From assembly GCA_000996025.1 (NCBI GenBank), contig LBYF01000001.1, positions 3,507-67,506 of the forward strand: a stretch of 64,000 bases of DNA, written 5' to 3'. The DNA comes from Parcubacteria group bacterium GW2011_GWA2_40_14. Its GTDB lineage: Bacteria > Patescibacteriota > Minisyncoccia > Phycocordibacterales > DATDWN01. Position 1 is the stretch's first letter. Every line of letters starts with the position of its first letter. A program made the translations under genes and the position numbers. Under the pieces are notes generated by a model. The model was not told where the DNA came from, made no database searches, and was given only the letters and a program-made list of their open reading frames with translations. Shown here piece by piece: positions 55,468-62,433 of the stretch.

Positions 55468-55656
55468 ATGAGCAAAGCTGAAAAGGAAATTGTAAAAGTG
55501 GTCAAAAAGACAATTCTCGAATCTATTCATGGGGTTTTTGCCGACCCTGATCAAGGACTGGAACTCAAAGAATCTATAAAAAGACGCCTGAAAAAAGCAT
55601 CGTTATCTCCCAAAGGATTTATTACCCTTCCATCCGCCAGAAGAAAATTTGCTTAA
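55468..55656 (+). CDS. Small probable antitoxin
   Basis: DPDQGLELK motif; directly upstream of a RelE gene. Confidence 0.75.
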   Translation: MSKAEKEIVKVVKKTILESIHGVFADPDQGLELKESIKRRLKKASLSPKGFITLPSARRKFA

Positions 55657-55661
55657 TTTAT

Positions 55662-55925
55662 ATGTTGCGCTGGAAAGTAATTTTTTCGCTTGACGCACAA
55701 GATGATTTGGATAATTTGTCTCGCTCAGTGCGGGATAGGGTTTTTGATAAGCTGGGATGGTTTGAAAATAATTTTGACTCAATAACACCTCTCCTTTTAA
55801 CTGGGAAGTTTAACGGTTTCTACAAGTTGCGAGTGGGTGATTGGCGGGTAATGTATCAGATTGATTGGAATAAAAATTATATTATTATTCATGTTATTGA
55901 CCACAGATCAAACATCTACAAGTAA
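55662..55925 (+). CDS. RelE/ParE-family toxin
   Basis: YKLRVGDWRV, HRSNIY. Confidence 0.92.
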   Translation: MLRWKVIFSLDAQDDLDNLSRSVRDRVFDKLGWFENNFDSITPLLLTGKFNGFYKLRVGDWRVMYQIDWNKNYIIIHVIDHRSNIYK

Positions 55926-56059
55926 CTGTTATGAGGAAACGCTTTAAAAATAAGAGAGAGAGTCATGTGCTTTATGTAAACCCCATAAGCGAGGTTGGGC
56001 AATGCGCTGGAGTTCAAAAGAAGCCGAACTACTTAGAGTTTTTGAAAGAGAGAAGGCTC

Positions 56060-56404
56060 TTACTTTGCGAATTCCAGAATTTTTTTAAATGTATTAGGAT
56101 TTTCAATAACAAGAGTAGCTAGAATTTTGCGGTCTAGGAGGATGCCTTTCTTTTTTAAACCACCCATAAGTTTGCTATATGATGTCCCAAGTTCTTTTGA
56201 GGCGTATGAAATTTTGACATTCCAGAGTTTGCGAGCGTCGCCCTTTTTGTCTCGTCTGTGCGCAAAAGCGTAAGCTCCAGCGTGAAAGATGGCTTCTTGG
56301 GCTTCCCGCTCCTTTGTAGAACGGCCATGTCGATAGCCTTTTGTCTTACGAAGAATGTTTTTACGATTCTTTAATGCATTGACCCCTTTTTTTACTCGTG
56401 TCAT
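56060..56404 (-). CDS. rplT: 50S ribosomal protein L20
   Basis: MTRVKKG, KGYR, LDRKILA. Confidence 0.97.
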   Translation of the reverse strand: MTRVKKGVNALKNRKNILRKTKGYRHGRSTKEREAQEAIFHAGAYAFAHRRDKKGDARKLWNVKISYASKELGTSYSKLMGGLKKKGILLDRKILATLVIENPNTFKKILEFAK

Positions 56405-56413
56405 AAATGTTAC

Positions 56414-56531
56414 GATTTACATATTTGGCCAATCTCTGCGTTAAAACTGCAAAAATGCTCGTCACCTACCAACGAGGTAGGCTCCTCAATTTTTGCAATT
56501 TTGCCTTGATATTGTCTCAAATCTGTAAATC
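56414..56531 (+). mobile_element. Family E element (rpmI/rplT junction)
   Basis: gatttacatatttggccaatctc...gtcacctacc..ggtaggctcc...ttgtctcaaatctgtaaatc. Confidence 0.78.
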
Positions 56532-56563
56532 TCGTTTTCATAATTATTTTTAATTTTTAACTT

Positions 56564-56752
56564 TTAATTTGTAATAAATCTTGCCTTATCTTTGTTACTC
56601 ATCGGGAAATTGACCATGCCTTTTTTGGCAAGTTGAGAACGGCGACTTTCTTTTGCATTGAAATGGTTTTGACCAGTTTTTCTTGCCGAAATTTTTCCAT
56701 TCTTGCTGACTTTTAGTCGTTTTGTAAAACTTTTATTTGTTTTTGTGCTCAT
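56564..56752 (-). CDS. rpmI: 50S ribosomal protein L35
   Basis: KTNKS..KRLKVSKNGKI; lies between infC and rplT. Confidence 0.92.
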   Translation of the reverse strand: MSTKTNKSFTKRLKVSKNGKISARKTGQNHFNAKESRRSQLAKKGMVNFPMSNKDKARFITN

Positions 56753-56758
56753 ATGTTT

Positions 56759-56851
56759 AGTTTGTAAAGTTATAAAGTTTGTAAAGTTTCTAAAGTGGAA
56801 TGCATTTGATGTTACTTTATGAACTTTATAACTTTATGAACTTTCTAACTT
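56759..56851. repeat. Family B palindrome (infC/rpmI junction)
   Basis: aaagttat aaagtttgt aaagtttct aaagt ... actttatga actttata actttatga actttcta act. Confidence 0.9.
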
Positions 56852-57354
56852 CTCTCGATTACTATCGAGAGACCTTTCAAACTTTTCTTGGCGGGATCTG
56901 CCACTTTATATTCTTCGGTAATCAGTTTCAAAACCCTTTCTATGCGTTCCTTTAGAAACTTGATATCCATATATTTGGTTCTACCTGGCAAAAAAAGGTC
57001 TATTTTGATGCGATTTCCTTCCTTGAGCCAGCCACTGGCCTTTTTGGCTTTGAGCTCTAAGTCGTGTTCCCCAGTGCCTACTTTTATTTGAATATTCTTT
57101 ACCTCTACCGTATGTTGCTTGGTTTTTGCTGTTTTAAGCTTTTTGTTTTCAGCGTATTGAAATTTACCATAATCCATGATTTTTGCAACCGGTGGGTTGG
57201 CGTTTGGTGATATTAGAATAAGGTCAAGCCCCGCCTCACGGGCTTTTTCCAAAGCTTCTTTGAAAGAGATAACTCCCAGATTCGTGCCATCATCTAAAAG
57301 CACACGTAACTCTGGAGCTTGGATTTGATTGTTTATTTTTACGAATGTAGACAA
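56845..57354 (-). CDS. infC: Translation initiation factor IF3 (non-ATG start)
   Basis: INNQI, PPVAKIMDYGKFQY, EHDL; no in-frame ATG near the start. Confidence 0.96.
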   Translation of the reverse strand: MSTFVKINNQIQAPELRVLLDDGTNLGVISFKEALEKAREAGLDLILISPNANPPVAKIMDYGKFQYAENKKLKTAKTKQHTVEVKNIQIKVGTGEHDLELKAKKASGWLKEGNRIKIDLFLPGRTKYMDIKFLKERIERVLKLITEEYKVADPAKKSLKGLSIVIERS

Positions 57355-57514
57355 TATTTTAGAACTGAATGTTCGCGATTTAACTTATAATAAAATATAG
57401 CAATAAGATATCATATTTTTTTTGGGAATGCAAAATTCATACAAGCAGTTGACTTTGGAGAGATATTACTTTAGTTTTATCTATGGATTAGCACATCGAC
57501 ATAAGGAGGCATTC

Positions 57515-58252
57515 ATGGATGCAAAAGAAAAAATTATCCTCGCACTGGATGTTAATTCCAGAGAGGAAGCACTAGAGTTGGTTCGGATATTCAGGAATTT
57601 CGTTTCAATGTTCAAAGTAGGATTGCGGCTTTTTGTGGCTTGCGGGCCAAACCTTGTCAAAGAAATCATCGGGCAAGGGAATAAGGTTTTTCTTGACTTG
57701 AAATTTAATGATACGCCAAAGACAGTAGGAGAGGCGACCAAAGAAGCTTCCATGCTGGGCGTGGAAATGTTCACTGTTCACGCCTCTGCTGGTATTTCTG
57801 CCATGAAGGAGGCAGTTGCCAATAAGGGGAATTCAAAACTGCTGATTACCACGGTTCTGACCTCGCTTTCGGATAACCATCTGAATCCTCGTAATACTAC
57901 GCGTTATATTTTAGGAGAAATAACACAACAGAAGGTCAGGCACTTCTCCGAAGACGCTGTTTATGTTGGGGCAGATGGCATTACCTGTTCACCTCAAGAC
58001 CTCAAAATGCTTGAGTTTCACATGGGACATGAATCCTTTCGGCGGTTACTAAAAGTAACTCCTGGAATTTGCGAAACAAATGATCTGCCAAGTGGTCAAA
58101 AACGCACAATGACAGCAAGAGAAGCTATCTTGGATGGAGCAGATTATCTCGTTCTTAGCCGAGTTATTACAGAAACAAAAGTAGGTAGTCCGATGAACGC
58201 GCTACTTCGCATCACTGCGGAAATTTCTTCCGTCGAAAGGAGAACGAATTGA
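57515..58252 (+). CDS. pyrF: Orotidine-5'-phosphate decarboxylase-like protein
   Basis: IILALD, FKVG, FLDLKFND, TVHA, TVLTS; SD AAGGAGG. Confidence 0.88.
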   Translation: MDAKEKIILALDVNSREEALELVRIFRNFVSMFKVGLRLFVACGPNLVKEIIGQGNKVFLDLKFNDTPKTVGEATKEASMLGVEMFTVHASAGISAMKEAVANKGNSKLLITTVLTSLSDNHLNPRNTTRYILGEITQQKVRHFSEDAVYVGADGITCSPQDLKMLEFHMGHESFRRLLKVTPGICETNDLPSGQKRTMTAREAILDGADYLVLSRVITETKVGSPMNALLRITAEISSVERRTN

Positions 58253-58980
58253 ATATTTTGGAAATGAATCGAGCGAAGCTTATGACCTTGCCTATCTGGA
58301 AAGTGCGGGAGCCGTTCAGTGCCGACGAAATTTTCCACATCGTAGATGTTTTCGGGGCTTCCTGGTCGTATGACTATGAAGCGGCAAAAAGAGGTAAGGT
58401 AGGCTTGCATGCTAAGCTGAAATCCGGCCGACACGCCAATCGAGCCTTTAATTCGCGGGTCTTGTTTCAAGCTCCGAATATCAGACGTATCATGGCTTGC
58501 CAGATTGCCATGCGTTTGTATGGAGTTCTTCCGCAAACCCCTGACTATGTAGCCGGCATTCCCAACGGCGCAACAGACTTGGGTAAAGACCTTGCCTGGA
58601 TATTGAGCGCCAAAGAAGCCGAGATGAAAAAGTGTAATGGGAAGATTCATCTTGTAACGAACATTGGCTTGAGCTCAATTCTTTTTGTGGACGATTTCTT
58701 TTCCGTAGGTACAGGCTTGCGAGAAGCAGTCTTGCAGACTCACCAATCTCAACCGGAGGCAAATATAGTAAACTGCGCTCCATCCATTCTGAATCTGGGA
58801 GAGAAAAACCTTATTGTAGTTGAAGATGTCGGGATTTTTCCAATATTTTCAGTCGCCGATGGAAAAGTTCAAAGTTGGGAAAAATCTAAGTGTGTGCTCT
58901 GCAATGAGTTTGGTTCCAAACCAATAAAGTTCAAAGAGACCGATGAAAACTGGACTCTTCTGACCACATCTCAAAAATAA
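58249..58980 (+). CDS. Orotate phosphoribosyltransferase-like protein
   Basis: HAKLKSGRH and a PRPP-loop-like FVDDFFSVGTG; overlaps pyrF. Confidence 0.75.
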   Translation: MNILEMNRAKLMTLPIWKVREPFSADEIFHIVDVFGASWSYDYEAAKRGKVGLHAKLKSGRHANRAFNSRVLFQAPNIRRIMACQIAMRLYGVLPQTPDYVAGIPNGATDLGKDLAWILSAKEAEMKKCNGKIHLVTNIGLSSILFVDDFFSVGTGLREAVLQTHQSQPEANIVNCAPSILNLGEKNLIVVEDVGIFPIFSVADGKVQSWEKSKCVLCNEFGSKPIKFKETDENWTLLTTSQK

Positions 58981-59094
58981 AGAAAGGAGAAACGGGGCGG
59001 ACTGCATGTTCGCCTCTGTTTATGTTTATGGCATATATACAAAAAGTATGTTATTGTGGAGAGTAAACTATTTAATATTTTTAAAATCAAAAAC

Positions 59095-59691
59095 ATGAAA
59101 ACAGAAAATTCTGTACTGATGAAACAGGCACGAGAAGCACTCTCGGGCAAATGGGGTTTAGCGATTTGGGCATTTTTTCTCTACTTTTTAATTACTTTGA
59201 TCATTCAAAATATTCCAAAAGTTGGGTCATTTATCCCGTTGTTCATCAGTGGACCAATGGCTCTTGGCTTTGCTATTTTTTCTTTGTCTATATCAAGAAA
59301 TCAAAACCCAAAACTTGAACAAATATTTGAGGGTTTTAAAAGATTCGGTACATCACTTGTAGCGTTTATACTGATGAGTTTGTTTACATTATTATGGACG
59401 CTCCTTCTCATAGTTCCGGGCATTATAGCCAGTTTATCGTATTCAATGACATTTTATATTATCGCTGATGACAGTTCTATGGGAGCAATAGAAACCATAA
59501 AAAGAAGCAAAAAAATGATGTACGGTTTCAAATGGAAGTATTTAGAACTACAACTTCGATTTTTAGGTTGGGCTCTCTTGTCTATCCTGACGCTCGGCAT
59601 TGGTCTCCTTTGGCTTGTTCCGTATATGAGTATCAGTAATGCTAAATTCTACGAGGATATAAAAATAGTTAACCTGACACCTGTATTTTAA
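59095..59691 (+). CDS. DUF975-family membrane protein
   Basis: AREALSGKWG, LLIVPGII..LSYS, TLGIGLLWLVPY. Confidence 0.88.
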   Translation: MKTENSVLMKQAREALSGKWGLAIWAFFLYFLITLIIQNIPKVGSFIPLFISGPMALGFAIFSLSISRNQNPKLEQIFEGFKRFGTSLVAFILMSLFTLLWTLLLIVPGIIASLSYSMTFYIIADDSSMGAIETIKRSKKMMYGFKWKYLELQLRFLGWALLSILTLGIGLLWLVPYMSISNAKFYEDIKIVNLTPVF

Positions 59692-59908
59692 TACAGGTGT
59701 TGCAATTGATTGTTGAACTAGATTAATTATACAAAAAGCCTTAAAAATAGGGCTTTTTGTTAGTTTGTGGACATGGACCCAAATACTTGGAACCAGTTGC
59801 ATGATTATGTACTGGAATGGCACCCGGCTGTAGAGGAAAATTCTCGTCGAGTGGAAGAAAAGTAATCAATAATTGAAATATTAAAAATAATTTGAGACAA
59901 TACAGTCA

Positions 59909-60295
59909 ATGAAAAAAGATTTTGATGATTGGAACAAAAAGAAAAAGAAAATTCATAAAAATGATAATGCTCCATTTTGTCACGAAAGGGAGCTCTGGTG
60001 GGGTGCTCTCGGTGTGAACATAGGTTCTGAACAAGATGGTTCTGGTAAAGAAGATTCTCGTCCAATACTTGTACTGAAAGGTTTGAGTGTCCAAACATGC
60101 GTCGTTATACCTCTTACTACTTCTACAAGTATTCATACACTGCGACCATCAGTCGGAATTGTGGAAGATGAAGAAGCACATGCTTTGATGTCACAAATTA
60201 GAGTCATTGATACAAAACGACTAATCCGCAAAATAGGTTATCTTGATAAAAAGATATTTCAACAGATACGAAAAATCGCCAAAGACATGCTTTAG
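59909..60295 (+). CDS. PemK/MazF-family toxin with no adjacent protein antitoxin
   Basis: GVNIGSEQDG, RPILVL, IPLTT, SQIRVIDTKRL. Confidence 0.92.
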   Translation: MKKDFDDWNKKKKKIHKNDNAPFCHERELWWGALGVNIGSEQDGSGKEDSRPILVLKGLSVQTCVVIPLTTSTSIHTLRPSVGIVEDEEAHALMSQIRVIDTKRLIRKIGYLDKKIFQQIRKIAKDML

Positions 60296-60360
60296 CGATT
60301 TTTCTCCCTCTTATTTTTTCTGCCGTTTGCCTCTTACGAGGCGAGGCCGAAGCCACTTGT
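60296..60360 (-). ncRNA. Candidate small RNA convergent on pemK (3' end uncertain)
   Basis: Minus-strand TTGACA-16-(TGc)TATACT (60394-60367); hairpins GGC-UUCG-GCC and GCCUC-GUAA-GAGGC. Confidence 0.62.
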
Positions 60361-60413
60361 ACTGTAAGTATAGCAAGTCTCTAATGAATGTCAAATTAAA
60401 TATAATAAAACGA

Positions 60414-61340
60414 ATGAAAGAAAATCTACAACTTAATGAAGAAATTGTAAAAATTATTCAAAAATTAAAACTAGAACCAGTTCGAATGTCTTTTGCAGTT
60501 ATAAATTTACATACTCCAGAGCCAGAAATTGCTGGATATCACATGGATGAGTTTATATATCCCGCAAGTATATATAAAGTTTTTGTGGGAGCAGAAATTT
60601 TGCGGAAAGTTTATGAAAAAATATTGAACCTATCGGATATAGTAGAAATCAAATCTCCAAATGATGTTGATAGGGATATTTGCCTTTTTCCTAAAACTAC
60701 TAGCAAAGACCACAGACCACCCTTGAAAGCTGGCGATAAAATGACCATTGATTATCTCCTTGATCTTGTATTCAGTCGAAGTGACAATACTGCTTCTAAT
60801 ACGCTCATAGATATTGCAGGTAGAGAAGATATCAATAGCCATATTATTTTACCAAATGGATGGAAAGGAAGTGAAGTTACTAGAAAATTTCTTGACCGAT
60901 TAAAAGAAGAAAAAGAATATAGAGTTTCGCGTATTACCGTATCAAATGCTCGGTATCTGGCAGAATTTTTTTATAAAATAGAAAAAGGAGAATTAGTTAG
61001 TAAATGGGTCTCAGAGAAATTAAAAGCTTACATGCAAAATTGGAATCGTGAAGGAAGAAGTGGATTAAACCTTCCTGAGTTTGTTAATTACTATAGAAAA
61101 GGCGGATGGCTTGAAATAAATGGATACAAATATAACTTTTTAAGCGCGATAAAAAACGTCACCAAGAAAGGATATGCGGTCAACAAATGGAGTAATGACG
61201 CTGGAGTAGTCACTGGTCAAAATTCACATTATGCTCTGGCACTTTTATCACTTACTAAGTCAGCGTGGCCATGGACAGAGTTTCCTTTGAAATCATTTGC
61301 AAAAGAGATACACATCTTGATGGAAAAATTAGATAGATAA
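60414..61340 (+). CDS. Class A beta-lactamase-like serine hydrolase
   Basis: SIYK (SxxK), SDN, KGG and NDAG motifs; ATG at 60414. Confidence 0.88.
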   Translation: MKENLQLNEEIVKIIQKLKLEPVRMSFAVINLHTPEPEIAGYHMDEFIYPASIYKVFVGAEILRKVYEKILNLSDIVEIKSPNDVDRDICLFPKTTSKDHRPPLKAGDKMTIDYLLDLVFSRSDNTASNTLIDIAGREDINSHIILPNGWKGSEVTRKFLDRLKEEKEYRVSRITVSNARYLAEFFYKIEKGELVSKWVSEKLKAYMQNWNREGRSGLNLPEFVNYYRKGGWLEINGYKYNFLSAIKNVTKKGYAVNKWSNDAGVVTGQNSHYALALLSLTKSAWPWTEFPLKSFAKEIHILMEKLDR

Positions 61341-61446
61341 ATTTTATACAACAAAATAGCCTTATTTTAGGGCTTTTTGTTGTTGTGGCGCTTCACGAGT
61401 ACATTCAGCATCCTACAAAAATATAGTCGCTTCGCTTGTTATTTTG

Positions 61447-61842
61447 TGGAAGTGGCGATATCGAAATCGCATGCATACAGAGAATTGAAACGAATCTACA
61501 GCGCGTAGTTTATTTAATGTTTAAATCATATTGCTTGGAACAAACAAAATGCGATACAATCGAGTCTTCTTTATTTCAAAATATTTCCGAGACAAAAAAT
61601 ATTTCTAACCTCAAGTTATGTCAATCAACTCCTCGTACGAGATATGTGAGGAGCGACCGTCTCTTAGGGCTGTTGTTTAGACAGTGGCGTAAGAGAAAGC
61701 GAAGTCGTTTGCTCCATAAAATGGAGAGACGATTGCTTTAGATAAGTTTTTTACACTTAATCTTTCCAAACTGTTTTAGGAGAGCTTGGCGCTCCGCGTT
61801 GCCTGAATCAATGTCATCTATATGTCAAAACCTGTCACTCCC
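61447..61842 (-). ncRNA. ssrA: tmRNA
   Basis: 5' GGGAGUGACAGGUUUUGAC; acceptor stem GGGAGUG/CACUUCC-A with G3:U; T-arm GCGAU-UUCGAU-AUCGC; P2 pairings cauauaga/ucuguaug; tag ORF present; adjacent to smpB. Confidence 0.93.
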
Positions 61843-61919
61843 GAAAAATAGTAGTCAATAGCTAGTATTTAGTAGCCAGGTGAAGACAACTACTTTTCGG
61901 GAATTTTTGGTTTATCTTG

Positions 61920-62363
61920 TCAACGATCTTTAAAATCTCTTCCTATCTCTCTTTCCGTATCTCGTTTTTTCAATGTCTCGCGTTTATCAAACTTTTTCTT
62001 ACCTTTTGCAGTGGCAATATCAATCTTCACTTTCGGTCCTTTATTATATACCGAAAGAGGGACAATTGTCAACCTGTTTTTTTGGTCTATGGATACGAGC
62101 TCGGATATCTCTTTTTTTGTAAGCAATAGTTTGCGATTGCGGTAGGGGTCATAATCTTTCGGCGTATTTGCCGGCTGATATGGTGGAACGAACATCCCAA
62201 CTACGTATGCTTCACCACCTCGTATGGTAATATGAGCACCCTCCAATGAGCCCTGACCAGCTTTTAGGGATTTTACTTCAAAACCAAAAAGCTCTATGCC
62301 AGCAACATAGGTATCCAATATCTCGTAATTAAACCTAGCTTTTTTATTGGTTATGAGTGACAT
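61920..62363 (-). CDS. smpB: SsrA-binding protein
   Basis: NKKARFNY, GIEL.G.EVKSL, RKLLL, GKKKFDKR. Confidence 0.98.
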   Translation of the reverse strand: MSLITNKKARFNYEILDTYVAGIELFGFEVKSLKAGQGSLEGAHITIRGGEAYVVGMFVPPYQPANTPKDYDPYRNRKLLLTKKEISELVSIDQKNRLTIVPLSVYNKGPKVKIDIATAKGKKKFDKRETLKKRDTEREIGRDFKDR

Positions 62364-62433
62364 GCCATAATCCTAACACAAAAACTTTTACTTCACTTTT
62401 ACTTTACTTAAATTCGTGTATACTACGGCTAAT

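Noticed and set aside
60243-60413. 57-aa N-terminal extension of the serine hydrolase
   Set aside because: It overlaps pemK and the candidate sRNA; TATAAT-7-ATG at 60414 is the better start.
61436-61741. 101-aa + strand ORF, and a possible tRNA at 61447-61470
   Set aside because: The ORF is the antisense shadow of tmRNA; the T-arm belongs to tmRNA.
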